Shown: positions 28,402-39,088, counted from the stretch's first letter. The stretch: DNA of 43,052 nucleotides from Bdellovibrionales bacterium (GCA_031374125.1 JANMFM010000253.1:1-43052), one strand, 5' to 3'. A program made the numbers and translations. Notes: a model not told the origin generated them from the sequence alone.

Positions 28402-29787
28402 TTATTCGAGTCCCCAACGTTTTTTTACAGAATCTCTTGGATCCGAGGTGTACTTTTTGTCTTTCCAGATCTGAGCGAGATCTTTAAAGAGGAGATTGTT
28501 GCTGGAATCTCCATTGCCTCCATAACCATCGATTGAAATTGCGATGTCCGCATAGGCATCCCAGTAGTTTTGATACTCAGGGTTTGTGCTTCCGTTCTCT
28601 TCTTTCAATTTAAAGGCACTTTCGAAGTTTCTGGCAATTCTTTTATCTCTAGAGAACGTACTATGATTCTCATAATTGACGCTGCCAGGGGAACAGTTCT
28701 CGGTTGAGCATATACTGTATGCGTCGAGGACATACCAAACTCTATATAAAAGTTGCATGTAGGCGGAATTAACGGTTGTTTGAAAAATATCGAACTTTGT
28801 AAACTCTAATCCCAACTTGAGATAAATACCAAATTTAGCACTTTCATAATTATTTTCTAATAAATCAGGTGAATATTGTCCCAATCCATAAAAAGGCATT
28901 GCTTGCTTATCCGTTAAAGCCCATTCACCATCTTTTTTGTAGGGCCATCTCATTCTCATGAGCCCACCAGTTTCTTCGGTATAAAGTTGGTCGGTAATAT
29001 AATCGAGAATGAAGAGGTCTCGCACTTCTCTTGGAGTTGTTGAGCTATTGAACATTATTGATTTGTTCTCAATGATTCCGATGGAAACCATGGAGTGACC
29101 ACCGCCAACATAGTGAAATCCGGGAATGAAGGCATCACGGATAAGGTCAATAGCATATCCATCTTGGAAGAGTGTTCCAGTATAAGTCGTTTTCTGTACG
29201 TTATCCAAGGCTACAAAAAATCTCTCATCCTTTTCCCAATCTTCATTCGATGGAATAGAGAGCCATTCTACTTTCATTGTATCTTGAGTAATGTATCCTC
29301 TTTCCATTCCCATTTTTTGTGCAACGGGGAGTTTATGGATTCTTGCAAAGATCCAACGATAAGCCATCACAGCATCTGCGCAATCCGTAGCAATATTGTG
29401 TTTGGCTAGGAAATTCAACTCACTATTTGCTGTAATCCACTCGGCATACTTCTGTTCCCATTCCCAAGACCATTCGTGTTCTACTTTCCAAATGGGTTGG
29501 TTGTGAACTTCTGTAGAAACTGTAGGAATATTCTTTAATGTTTCTTTTGAGAGGGGAGCGGATCTTGTGGTTTTTTTGATTTCGCTCAATGCTGATTTCT
29601 CAGAATCAAAATATCGAGTATCCAAAACATTTGGTAGTTTATTGGGATTAAGTTCAACAGTATTTAAAACCCATTTTGAATTCTCCTCAAATAGCCAAAA
29701 ATATTTTTCAGCATTGATTTTGAAAGTGGATTCTTTTGCAAAGGAGGGAATAGAAATAAGTAGAATAAAAGACAATAAAATCTTCAT
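28402..29787 (-). CDS. Exported hypothetical protein, possible Cys-His hydrolase
   Basis: Signal peptide; WSWEWE..Y..W, TDCADA and GGHSM motifs. Function not assigned. Confidence 0.7.
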   Translation of the reverse strand: MKILLSFILLISIPSFAKESTFKINAEKYFWLFEENSKWVLNTVELNPNKLPNVLDTRYFDSEKSALSEIKKTTRSAPLSKETLKNIPTVSTEVHNQPIWKVEHEWSWEWEQKYAEWITANSELNFLAKHNIATDCADAVMAYRWIFARIHKLPVAQKMGMERGYITQDTMKVEWLSIPSNEDWEKDERFFVALDNVQKTTYTGTLFQDGYAIDLIRDAFIPGFHYVGGGHSMVSIGIIENKSIMFNSSTTPREVRDLFILDYITDQLYTEETGGLMRMRWPYKKDGEWALTDKQAMPFYGLGQYSPDLLENNYESAKFGIYLKLGLEFTKFDIFQTTVNSAYMQLLYRVWYVLDAYSICSTENCSPGSVNYENHSTFSRDKRIARNFESAFKLKEENGSTNPEYQNYWDAYADIAISIDGYGGNGDSSNNLLFKDLAQIWKDKKYTSDPRDSVKKRWGLE

Positions 29788-29843
29788 GTGTTCCTCTAAA
29801 GTTGAATATGAATCATTATTTCATATTCTCTAAAGAGACACAC

Positions 29844-30596
29844 TTAGGCTTTCTTGCGTAAAAGCCAAACCGTACTAAGGACTATGAGGAGTATGCTGAT
29901 GAGAGAGGAGACCGAAAGTCCTAACACAGGATCGCCACGGAAATCCCCTCGGAACTCTTCAACGACAAGTCTTCCAAAAGCATGAAGAAGGAGCCAAATA
30001 AAGAACAAGGATCCACTTTTAAGTTTTTTCCTTTTCTCCGTTAGGACTAGGACTATCCAAATGATTACTTCAATCAAAATCGAATAAACTTGCGTGGGAT
30101 GGAGAAGGATATTGGCGGGAGCTTCCACACCCTCAGGGAATCGAATGGCCCAAGGAAGGTCACACTCTTTCCCAAAGCAGCATCCGGCAAAGATACAGCC
30201 AATTCTTCCAATGATGTACCCCAGTGGAAGAACAAGTGCTGAACAGTCTAGCCAGTTAAAATAGTTTTGCTTAATTTTTCTTATAAAAATATAAGACGCA
30301 AGAATTCCACCAACCAATCCACCGTAGAAAACAAAGCCACCTTTATAAATCTTAAAAACCTCTACAGGATCACTGAGGTAATATTGAGGATATTCAAAAA
30401 GAATATGAAACACTCTTGCGCCCAAGAAAGCGCCGAGCATTACCATGATGGAGATTTCTGTAGAGATTTTAGGAGGAAGGTTAAGTTTAATGGCCCTTTT
30501 GTAAAAATAAACTATAGAAAGAGAAAAAGCCAAACTCATCACCACAAGATAAATTGGAATATTAATATGTGGTGATGGATGAAAGATTGGAAACAT
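29844..30596 (-). CDS. lgt: Prolipoprotein diacylglyceryl transferase paralog (Cys-containing signature)
   Basis: GARVFH, GGFVFYGG, GRIGCIFAGCCFG, HPTQVYS, EEFRGD. Confidence 0.85.
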   Translation of the reverse strand: MFPIFHPSPHINIPIYLVVMSLAFSLSIVYFYKRAIKLNLPPKISTEISIMVMLGAFLGARVFHILFEYPQYYLSDPVEVFKIYKGGFVFYGGLVGGILASYIFIRKIKQNYFNWLDCSALVLPLGYIIGRIGCIFAGCCFGKECDLPWAIRFPEGVEAPANILLHPTQVYSILIEVIIWIVLVLTEKRKKLKSGSLFFIWLLLHAFGRLVVEEFRGDFRGDPVLGLSVSSLISILLIVLSTVWLLRKKA

Positions 30597-30597
30597 A

Positions 30598-31497
30598 TTA
30601 TTCTAGATCATAAGTGTAAGATTGGTATCTCACATTCTTGGTGACACTTTTAACAATAATAATTCCGGCTATGATCATAATGAAGCAGAGAATTTGTCCC
30701 ATCGAGAAGTATTCGGCGAAGAATCCAAGCTGTACATCTGGCTCCCTAAAGAACTCGATGATAAATCTCGCGATTCCGTAGAAAATCAGGAACCAACCAG
30801 CGATGACACCTGTGCGTTTCCACTCGATTTTTACTTTTTTAGGAGATTTGCCATTTTTTGATTGTTCAGCAATCGCAGTTTCTAGAATCGGAGCAAAACC
30901 TTTTTTCTGTTCCCACTTTTGAATCACATGGCATAGGAAAAATACGATTAGGCCCTCACCCAATGCTTGGTAGAGTTGTGATGGATGTCTTGGCATCGGC
31001 CCGCCTTCAGGAAAGATCACGCCCCATGGAACGTCAGTAAATCTTCCGTAAAGTTCTCCGTTGATAAAGTTTCCAAGTCTTCCAAAGAAAATCCCAATGG
31101 CAGCACCGATGACAACGTTATCGACGATATGATAAAACTGAATCTTATATTTTCGGCAGAAGAAAATAACCGCTACGACATAACCAAGAAGTGCTCCATG
31201 GAAAGAAAGCCCGCCTTGCCAAACGGCAAATACTTCTGATAGGTGATTCATGTAGTACATTGGATTATAAACCGCGACATATACGAGTCTTGCACCGATA
31301 ATCATGCCGATCATGATATAAGTGATAAGAGCTTGGTTGCCTTCCGAATTTAAAATGTTTAAGCCGCGCTTATGGCGTCTCATCAAAATTAGGTAGCCCA
31401 CAAAATAACCAACAAGGTACATTAATCCGTACCATCTGATTTGAAGTGGACCTAAATGAGCAAGAACGGGATCGATGTTGTGAATATAATGTGTCAT
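30598..31497 (-). CDS. lgt: Prolipoprotein diacylglyceryl transferase (canonical)
   Basis: IRWYGLMY, GGLSFHG, GRLGNFINGELYG, RHPSQLY, IEFFREPD. Confidence 0.95.
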   Translation of the reverse strand: MTHYIHNIDPVLAHLGPLQIRWYGLMYLVGYFVGYLILMRRHKRGLNILNSEGNQALITYIMIGMIIGARLVYVAVYNPMYYMNHLSEVFAVWQGGLSFHGALLGYVVAVIFFCRKYKIQFYHIVDNVVIGAAIGIFFGRLGNFINGELYGRFTDVPWGVIFPEGGPMPRHPSQLYQALGEGLIVFFLCHVIQKWEQKKGFAPILETAIAEQSKNGKSPKKVKIEWKRTGVIAGWFLIFYGIARFIIEFFREPDVQLGFFAEYFSMGQILCFIMIIAGIIIVKSVTKNVRYQSYTYDLE

Positions 31498-31516
31498 TCG
31501 TACATTGCACTAGAAT

Positions 31517-32047
31517 TTAAGCGACTTGTCCACTCTCTTTTGGCTCTTCTTTCCTGAAGCTCAGGAAAAATAGAATAATGATTCCGCACACAATAGCAGA
31601 ATCAGCAATATTGAATGCGGGCCATGAATAAAGATGTCTAAAATGGAAATCAAGGAAATCGATAACGTATTTTACTCTTAAGCGATCGATATAGTTTCCA
31701 AGCGCACCACCAAAAACCAAACTCAGAGCAAGAACTTGAATTCTATCGTTTGCTTTTACAGATTTTAAAAAATAAATAATAATTCCCATGGCGATTGGAG
31801 GAATAAGAAGAAAAAAAGTTTCCCTAAAAGCCTCAGGGCTTCTTGCCATAAATCCAAAGGCTGCTCCTGGATTTTGCACATAGGTGAAGTTAAAATAATT
31901 CTCAATCACGGTTACGCTTTCGCCTAAGTAAAACTTAGATTGAACGTAGATCTTTGTGACCTGATCCATTGCTACTAAAAGCGCCGTTGTCGTTAATAGA
32001 TAAACCAATTTTATTTTTGTGTCTGTTTTCATGGTCAGTAAACTCAT
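31517..32047 (-). CDS. lspA: Lipoprotein signal peptidase II
   Basis: DQVTK, NPGAAFG, GGALGNYIDR, VIDF, PAFNIAD. Confidence 0.95.
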   Translation of the reverse strand: MSLLTMKTDTKIKLVYLLTTTALLVAMDQVTKIYVQSKFYLGESVTVIENYFNFTYVQNPGAAFGFMARSPEAFRETFFLLIPPIAMGIIIYFLKSVKANDRIQVLALSLVFGGALGNYIDRLRVKYVIDFLDFHFRHLYSWPAFNIADSAIVCGIIILFFLSFRKEEPKESGQVA

Positions 32048-34869
32048 ATCAGTGCCTCAACGCATTTTGGACAAATGCCTGGATGTTTAATAGATGATTT
32101 TAGATCGGTATTGTATGTCCAGCATCTCACGCACTTCTCTCCCTCAGCTTTTTTTGCTTCGATGTGGAGTTTGCCTTTTTTAAGATGCACTTGAGAAACA
32201 ATGAAAAATTCTAAAAGACTGTCTTTTAAAAGTTCTAAGACTTTCAATTCTTCACCTTCAGCTGTGATGATCAGCTGAGCCTCAAGGCCAGATCCAATCA
32301 CTTTATTTTTTCTGAGCTCTTCTAAGTTTTTCAGTGCTTCAGTTCTGATCGCTTGGAAAGTTTCAAAAGTTTTGATCACTTCAGGATTTACCCAAGTTTT
32401 ATTTGGTGTTGGGAATTTTTCTAAGAACACCGACGCTTTTTCTTTTCCCAGAGTGTGAGCATAGGTTTCTTCAGCCAAGAATGAAGCAATTGGTGCCAGC
32501 ATTTTTGCTAGGCTCGTAGTGATTTCATAAAGAGCCGTTTGCGCAGATCTTCTCAAATGACCATCGGTTTTTCTGACATAGAGTCTATCTTTTAAAATAT
32601 CCAAGTAGAATGCAGAAAGATCCACGGTCACAAAGTTATTGATCAAATGATAGATCTTGTAGAATTCATACTTCTCGTAACCTTCGGTTACGTTTTCAAT
32701 AAGCGTATTGAGCTTTGCAAGCGCCCATTGATCAAGAGAGGTTAAATCTTTATAGGGAAGAGCATCTTTTTTGTGATCATAATCGGAAAGATTTCCAAGA
32801 AGGAATCGGATTGTGTTTCTAAGGCGTCTGTAAGTTTCTGTGATTCTTGCGATACCTTCTGGATTGCAAGACAAATCATTGGCGTAATCTTCATGTGTGG
32901 CCCAGAGTCTAAGAATGTCAGATCCGCTATTCTTGATCACATCCATTGGATCGACAACGTTTCCTAAGCTCTTACTCATTTTTTGACCTTTAGAAAACAT
33001 CACGAATCCGTGAGTGAGGACAGTCTTAAATGGAGCAATTCCTTCGGCAGCGACAGAGGCGAGGAGAGAAGTGTGGAACCAACCTCTGTGTTGATCCGAA
33101 CCTTCGAGATACAAATCTGCCGGTTGGGTGAGACCCGTACGTTTTTTCTGAACCGCGGCCCAGCAAACTCCACTATCAAACCAAACATCAAGAATATCTC
33201 TACCTTTTTCGAATTCAGCTTTTCCGCACTTTTCACATTTATGAGATCCCGCAAAAACTTTAATGTCTGTATCAAAGTAACCTTCGATGCCTGCACCACC
33301 TTTAGTATCAATTCGGTTAGCCTCAGTGCGATCCATGCTATCTGCAATTCTCATCATAACATCTTCTTTTGCAAGAGGAGTCTGGCAAGCTTTGCAGTAC
33401 AATACTGGAATTGGAACACCCCAAAGTCTTTGACGAGAAACACACCAGTCTGGGCGATTCTCGATCATTGCAGAAATTCTTCTTTCGCCCCAAGAAGGAA
33501 CCCAGTTCACCTCTTTGATGGCGTTCAAAGATTTTTCGCGGATGGTGTGACCAGAATCTTTTAGATCCATTTTCAAGAACCACTGGGGAGTCGCTCTGTA
33601 AATCAACGGAGCTTTCGATCTCCAGCAATGTGGATAGCTATGTTCGATTTCACTGTGATGAAGGAGGTGCCCGGTTTCTTTGATAAGATCGAGAACAATT
33701 TTATTTCCTTCTTTGAGAACGTGTTTCCCTTGAAGGAATGCCGGAGCATCTAAATTATAAAAACCACCATCATCTACCGGAGATAAAATCGGAAGATGAT
33801 ATCTCATACCAACGTTGTAATCGTCGACACCGTGACCTGGAGCTGTATGCACGAGTCCTGTACCAGCTTCAAGTGTTACGTGATTTCCGAGAAGAATTTT
33901 TCCAGTTCTTTCGATGAAGGGATGCTTGTACTCAAGGTTTTCTAGATCTATGCCTTTTAAAGTTTTTGCAGGAGATAAAGATTTAAGAGTGATGCCGGTG
34001 TCTTTTTCGAAAGCTTCTTTAAGACCTCGAGCTACGACTACATAATCAGATTGATCATTGACTTGGGTTTCGTAAATTTCGTATTCAAACTCTGGGTGAA
34101 CAGTAACTGCTAAATTTGCAGGAAGAGTCCAAGGAGTTGTTGTCCAGATGACGAGATTTGTTTTTTTATGGGAATCGGGTACACCAAGATGTTTTAATAT
34201 TTCAAATTTTACGTAGATCGCTTGGCTCTTATAATTTTTGTATTCGACTTCGGCTTCAGCAAGCGCAGTTTTTAGAGCCCAACACCAGTAGACCGGTTTT
34301 GTACCGTGATAGAAGGCGCCAGTTTTCAGAATGTTTGCGAGAACTCGGACTTCTTCAGCTTCGTATTCTGGTTGTAGAGTCATGTATGGATTTTCCCAAT
34401 CCGCCATCACACCAATTCTCTTGAATTCTTCTCTCTGTATGCTCATCCACTTCGTAGCTTCTTCACGGCAAAGATTTCTAAACTGCTTATCAGTGAGATC
34501 GTTCCTTTTATCACCAAGAGCCTTTGTAACGACCAATTCAATTGGCAGACCATGGCAATCCCAGCCCGGAATGAATGGCGCTTTGTAGCCGCTCATATTT
34601 TTGTATTTGATCACGGTGTCTTTTAAAATTTTATTGAGAGCATGGCCAACGTGAATATGGCCGTTGGCGTACGGAGGACCATCGGGCATCGAGAAAGAAC
34701 CTTTCTCTGCATTGGAGTTCAGCATCTGGTTGTAGATATCTTGAGAGCGCCAGAATTCAATAAACTCAGGTTCCCTTTGATTGAGATTTCCCTTCATAGG
34801 GAAATCCGTTTTTGGCAAGTTGAGGGTGTCTTTATAGTTCACTGGCTCTGTGACTGGTTCTTTACTCAT
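32044..34869 (-). CDS. ileS: Isoleucine-tRNA ligase (type 1)
   Basis: DGPPYANG-HIHVGH, GWDCHGLP, WTTTPWT, EGSDQHRGWF, KMSKS, C-terminal zinc finger. Confidence 0.98.
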   Translation of the reverse strand: MSKEPVTEPVNYKDTLNLPKTDFPMKGNLNQREPEFIEFWRSQDIYNQMLNSNAEKGSFSMPDGPPYANGHIHVGHALNKILKDTVIKYKNMSGYKAPFIPGWDCHGLPIELVVTKALGDKRNDLTDKQFRNLCREEATKWMSIQREEFKRIGVMADWENPYMTLQPEYEAEEVRVLANILKTGAFYHGTKPVYWCWALKTALAEAEVEYKNYKSQAIYVKFEILKHLGVPDSHKKTNLVIWTTTPWTLPANLAVTVHPEFEYEIYETQVNDQSDYVVVARGLKEAFEKDTGITLKSLSPAKTLKGIDLENLEYKHPFIERTGKILLGNHVTLEAGTGLVHTAPGHGVDDYNVGMRYHLPILSPVDDGGFYNLDAPAFLQGKHVLKEGNKIVLDLIKETGHLLHHSEIEHSYPHCWRSKAPLIYRATPQWFLKMDLKDSGHTIREKSLNAIKEVNWVPSWGERRISAMIENRPDWCVSRQRLWGVPIPVLYCKACQTPLAKEDVMMRIADSMDRTEANRIDTKGGAGIEGYFDTDIKVFAGSHKCEKCGKAEFEKGRDILDVWFDSGVCWAAVQKKRTGLTQPADLYLEGSDQHRGWFHTSLLASVAAEGIAPFKTVLTHGFVMFSKGQKMSKSLGNVVDPMDVIKNSGSDILRLWATHEDYANDLSCNPEGIARITETYRRLRNTIRFLLGNLSDYDHKKDALPYKDLTSLDQWALAKLNTLIENVTEGYEKYEFYKIYHLINNFVTVDLSAFYLDILKDRLYVRKTDGHLRRSAQTALYEITTSLAKMLAPIASFLAEETYAHTLGKEKASVFLEKFPTPNKTWVNPEVIKTFETFQAIRTEALKNLEELRKNKVIGSGLEAQLIITAEGEELKVLELLKDSLLEFFIVSQVHLKKGKLHIEAKKAEGEKCVRCWTYNTDLKSSIKHPGICPKCVEALI

Positions 34870-34903
34870 GTTATCCTTGGTCGTATGCTTTAATGTAGGA
34901 ACT

Positions 34904-34933
34904 AATCTATTGAAATTAGAGCTTTAAAGTCAA
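34904..34933 (-). promoter_or_regulatory. Candidate sigma70 promoter of ileS-lspA-lgt-lgt
   Basis: Minus strand TTGACT-N18-TAGATT. Confidence 0.45.
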
Positions 34934-34949
34934 TGATCGGGACAGGGTT

Positions 34950-35561
34950 CTATGAGCGATTTGGGAAAATGGTCTTAAGTTTGTCATAACCGAGGGTTAT
35001 AAGCATCCTAACGACATCTGCATCTGATTCCATATTGAGTTCAGCCTTCACGGTATCGATGATGTTTTGAGATTTTTGATCTACAGATACACCAGTTTGA
35101 CGTCTTTCTGAGACTTTGAACTCAATGCTTCGCTCATCATAACGAGGTGGCGTAGGTGACTTCATAGGAGCTTCTTGCTCAAACTCAAACGCACGACTCA
35201 TATCAAAGTTTTGCGTGAAATCTGGAGCATCCGGTAAATTTTGTGGAACGGAGTTTTGTACGGGCTTAAGTGGTACTTGTGCTTTCAAGGTTTCTTTCTG
35301 TTTCTCAAATTGATTGAGTTCTGTTGCTAATGACTGAAGTTGATTTTTGAAATCTTTTGAACTGACGGGAGCAATGTTTTCTAGACGACCATCCCCTAAA
35401 GAGGAAACACCATTTCTTCTCGCTTGAAGATAAAGTGCGACAAGAGTTTCTTTTGTTGTCGCCATGTTTTTAACATACTCAGGCTGTGACTGTACCCAAA
35501 CGTACGCTTTCGCAACGTCTTCTCTAGTGTAAGCCTGTGGTGGTATATGATTGCTTGCCAT
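34950..35561 (-). CDS. Hypothetical cytoplasmic protein
   Basis: 203-aa ORF with ordered-looking termini (PPQAYTRE..., ESDADVVRMLITLGY) joined by a Pro/Gln-rich linker. Confidence 0.7.
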   Translation of the reverse strand: MASNHIPPQAYTREDVAKAYVWVQSQPEYVKNMATTKETLVALYLQARRNGVSSLGDGRLENIAPVSSKDFKNQLQSLATELNQFEKQKETLKAQVPLKPVQNSVPQNLPDAPDFTQNFDMSRAFEFEQEAPMKSPTPPRYDERSIEFKVSERRQTGVSVDQKSQNIIDTVKAELNMESDADVVRMLITLGYDKLKTIFPNRS

Positions 35562-35729
35562 GAAGGGTCAGAAACTAGCTGGATTTCTAAGACTCATCAA
35601 GATTTAAGTTCATGAGACCGCGCAATATTTTTTGATGTTAAAAATAAAAATTATTTTGCTCTGAAGTGAGACGAAAACAACAAACAGCGGACTAACAGAT
35701 TTATCCACAAAAGGTCGGGTACCTTTTGT

Positions 35730-37196
35730 CTACGTTGTGCTGATATAATCTCTTGGATTGATTCCGTATTTCTCGATTTTTCTCAAGAGAGTCTTCTTCG
35801 GAATATTTGCATGAAGAGCAGTTTGATTGATTCTACCTTTAAAGGTTTTCAAAGCTTTAATGATAAATTCTTTTTCGAAGAGCTCTTTGTGCTTGCCAAA
35901 ATCCAATTCACCATTCACTTCAACGCCAGCAACTTGAATTTCTTCTTCGCCTGCAACTGGAGCAATGGCTTCACCAGATTCTTCAGAGCTCTGAGCTAAT
36001 TTCTGAACATCTTCAAAAGAAATTCCGAGCGACTTTAATACTTTTTCAGGCAATGAATGAAGCGTGATCTTGTTTGAAGTTTCAATTACGAATGCATATT
36101 CCATGACGTTTTCTAATTCACGAATGTTTCCTGGCCAGCCGTACTTTTTAAAGCACGCCATAACCTCAGGAGAAATTCCAAGCATCTTTTTGCCATGAGC
36201 TTTATTGAATTTTGCTAAGAACATATTGAGTAAAGTTTCGATATCGTCTTTGCGATCTCTGAGGGGTGGTAAGAACATCGGGATGACGCTCAAACGGTAA
36301 AATAAATCTTCTCTGAAGGTTCCTTCTTCGATCATTTTTTCGAGAGGTTTGTTGGTAGCTGCAATGATTCTAACATTGGCTTCCAATTCTCTGTTCGCAC
36401 CAACTGGAGTGAACACTTTTTCTTGCAATACTCTCAAAAGTTTTGCTTGCATCAAAAGTGGCATATCTCCGATTTCATCTAGGAAGAGAGTTCCGCCTTC
36501 AGCGTATTGAAATTTACCGATTTTTCTTTGGTCAGCGCCTGTGAAAGAGCCTTTTTCGTGACCAAACAATTCAGATTCAAATAAATTTTCAGGAATTGCA
36601 GAGCAGTTGATTGCGACGAACTTTTGATCTTTTCTTGCAGAGTTAAAATGGATCGCTCTAGCCACGAGCTCTTTACCTGTTCCTGATTCACCACGGATCA
36701 AAACTGAAGTATCTACGTTTGAAAGTCTTGAAATAAGGCTAAACACCTTTTTCATTTCGATGTTTTTACCAACAAATTTTCTATCAGATTCAATAAGGAT
36801 AGGAGATGAGGCTGCTGCTGACGAAATCATGTCGTGAGCCTCGATCGATCTTTCTACGAGCTGGATCAACTCATCGCCTTTAACGGGCTTTGAAAGATAG
36901 TTGTAAGCGCCTTCTTTAACAGCAACAACAGCATCGTTGATGTTTGCGTAGGCAGTCATGATCAATACAATTGTTTGTGGGGAGAGTTCTTTGATTTTTT
37001 TAAGAGTTTCAAGACCGTTCAGGCGAGGCATATCTACGTCAAGTATAACGAGGTCGTATTGCTGAGATTCCATCTTTTCAATAGCATGCATACCGTCTAC
37101 AGCATCATCGACTGTGAATCTGCCTGAGTTCCTCAGTGTAGAGCTGACCGCTAATCTTAAACCAGCGTCGTCATCCGCTACTAATACCTTCAACAT
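35730..37196 (-). CDS. NtrC-family sigma54-dependent response regulator (REC-AAA+-HTH)
   Basis: VLVADDD, LVILDVDMP, SKP; GESGTGKE, GSFTGA, WPGNIRELEN; C-terminal HTH. RBS GGAGGG favours ATG 37196. Confidence 0.95.
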   Translation of the reverse strand: MLKVLVADDDAGLRLAVSSTLRNSGRFTVDDAVDGMHAIEKMESQQYDLVILDVDMPRLNGLETLKKIKELSPQTIVLIMTAYANINDAVVAVKEGAYNYLSKPVKGDELIQLVERSIEAHDMISSAAASSPILIESDRKFVGKNIEMKKVFSLISRLSNVDTSVLIRGESGTGKELVARAIHFNSARKDQKFVAINCSAIPENLFESELFGHEKGSFTGADQRKIGKFQYAEGGTLFLDEIGDMPLLMQAKLLRVLQEKVFTPVGANRELEANVRIIAATNKPLEKMIEEGTFREDLFYRLSVIPMFLPPLRDRKDDIETLLNMFLAKFNKAHGKKMLGISPEVMACFKKYGWPGNIRELENVMEYAFVIETSNKITLHSLPEKVLKSLGISFEDVQKLAQSSEESGEAIAPVAGEEEIQVAGVEVNGELDFGKHKELFEKEFIIKALKTFKGRINQTALHANIPKKTLLRKIEKYGINPRDYISTT

Positions 37197-37216
37197 TTTC
37201 CCTCCGAACATCGGTA

Positions 37217-39088
37217 TCATAATCTTCCCCCTAATGATCCATCACTGTTCCCACTTTGATGCTGGCCACTTTGATCCATTGGTAGATTCACCGTAAAGGT
37301 TGAACCTTGCTGAGGAAGACTCTCAACAGTTATCTGTCCTTTATGCAGCTCTACAAAATATTTTGCAAGGTACAAACCTAGGCCTGACCCCTTAATAGGT
37401 GAATTTTTCACATGTTTAGTACGATAGAACTTTGTAAATATGTGTCTAATTTCGTTCTCCGTGATGCCAATTCCTTGGTCAGCGACTTGAACGATAATTT
37501 GCCCTTCATCTTCTTCGGACGTCACAAGGATTCTGGAGTTCGTTGGCGAGTACTTAATGGCATTTTCAATGAGGTTCGAGAACACTTGCTTCATCAGATC
37601 AGCATCGATTTTTACTGAGAAAAGAGTATCGAGCTCAGGAATGATCTCGATGTTTTTTTGTTGAGCAAGGTATTCATATTTTTTGATTGTATCTTCCAAG
37701 ATGCGATTGATGTCGCGAGATTGAAGATTCAATTTAATTTTTTGCGATTCCACTCGGGATAAATCAAGAATAGAGCTGATGAATTCAGTGAGTTCTTCCG
37801 CAGATTTTCTGATTGTTTGAACCGCAGTCTTTTGCTCGGGTTCAAAATTTTCGGAATTCGCGAGAGCTATGTCGGCCATACCTTGAATTCTCGCAAGTGG
37901 GGTCTTGAGGTCATGAGACATCATGCTGAGGAAGTTGTTCTTAAGCTCTTCAACCTGGGTGAGGAGTTTGTTTTTTTCTCTAAGTTCCCAGAATTTTTTG
38001 TTTTCACGGATTAATCTGTAGGGAATAAAGAAATAGTAGCAAACAAATACAGCGATGAGGGGTTGAGCCATTCCAATTGCTAAGCCCGAGAATGTGAAGA
38101 GTAAGCTTGAAAAAATAAAATAGCTAACAACTAAGCCAAATATTGCGGTAATACCCATTGCTGGAGAAAGCATAAAAACCGCGAAGGTAGCAACTATAGA
38201 AAACAAAAACGTAACTGCTTTGTTTAAGAGAATTTGAGTCTTAATAATTCCATTATTTTCTAAGAAAGTTTTAATTACATGTGCATGAGCTTCAAGCTTA
38301 GTCATTCCGAGTAGATCGCGAGTGTACGGTGTTTTAATATAATAAGCTGGCGTAAATTTATCGTCATAGCCAATTAATACTATTCTATCTGTAAATGTGT
38401 TTTTCTCAAAAGAACCATTTTTAATTTCAGAGAGACTGTTTGCTATAAATGTGTGTGGTCTTTGATAATTAATATTTGTTTGTAGAGCTTCTCTAAATTC
38501 AAAAGTTCCGCGATACTTATGCGGGTCTCTTATTCCGTTATAAAAAGATGCTATATAAGGTTGAAGTAATGTCTGTCCTTGATAGTAAATCAAAGCGCGC
38601 CTAGATACATCATCACCGGCAAAGTTATTTTTGTCGTAAGTAATAACTCCGGGCACACTTTTGATTTTGTCATAAGGTTTTGGCAAAACAAGTTGGCTCT
38701 CTTGGCCAGCAATCACAACATCATCATAAATAACTAAAAAATTTTTGAATTTGGTTGTTAAGGCTGCAAACTCTGCTTTTTGATCCGCAGTACCTTGAAT
38801 GTTTTGAATTGGAAATGTGTAAACAACATAGTTCGGATTTTCCGCTAATAATAAAGTTAGAAATTTATTATGAGCAGCTAAGTTGTTGTCTTGGTTTTGA
38901 ATTGTGTTTTGATCAATAGCGATTGTTTTGATAAGGTCTGAGCCTGAACTAAAAGGTCGCAGTCGAAATCTTGCGTCATATAAAAGTGATTCGACATAAT
39001 GAAAATCGAATGAGCTAACAATTAGAGCTATTCCTAATGCCAAAGCTAAACTCAATATTGAAATGGCAAAGTTTCGCTTTTGGGACAT
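37217..39088 (-). CDS. CHASE2-domain sensor histidine kinase
   Basis: N-terminal TM; CHASE2-like DDVSRR and RIVLIG...KTPY...MTKLEAHAH; three TMs; SHDLKTPL; NLIENAIKY, DQGIG, GSGLGL. Confidence 0.88.
   Translation of the reverse strand: MSQKRNFAISILSLALALGIALIVSSFDFHYVESLLYDARFRLRPFSSGSDLIKTIAIDQNTIQNQDNNLAAHNKFLTLLLAENPNYVVYTFPIQNIQGTADQKAEFAALTTKFKNFLVIYDDVVIAGQESQLVLPKPYDKIKSVPGVITYDKNNFAGDDVSRRALIYYQGQTLLQPYIASFYNGIRDPHKYRGTFEFREALQTNINYQRPHTFIANSLSEIKNGSFEKNTFTDRIVLIGYDDKFTPAYYIKTPYTRDLLGMTKLEAHAHVIKTFLENNGIIKTQILLNKAVTFLFSIVATFAVFMLSPAMGITAIFGLVVSYFIFSSLLFTFSGLAIGMAQPLIAVFVCYYFFIPYRLIRENKKFWELREKNKLLTQVEELKNNFLSMMSHDLKTPLARIQGMADIALANSENFEPEQKTAVQTIRKSAEELTEFISSILDLSRVESQKIKLNLQSRDINRILEDTIKKYEYLAQQKNIEIIPELDTLFSVKIDADLMKQVFSNLIENAIKYSPTNSRILVTSEEDEGQIIVQVADQGIGITENEIRHIFTKFYRTKHVKNSPIKGSGLGLYLAKYFVELHKGQITVESLPQQGSTFTVNLPMDQSGQHQSGNSDGSLGGRL

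Noticed and set aside
32983-33564. 193-aa plus-strand ORF and other short antisense ORFs in the track (e.g. 9956-10408, 4162-4446)
   Set aside because: They are shadows of well-supported genes on the opposite strand and have no recognisable motifs.
34870-34949. T-box or riboswitch upstream of ileS
   Set aside because: The intergenic region is only 80 bp and has no T-box sequence.
35701-35709. Perfect DnaA box TTATCCACA
   Set aside because: It is a single copy with no cluster, unwinding element or dnaA/dnaN context, so this is not oriC. It may be chance or a lone regulatory site.
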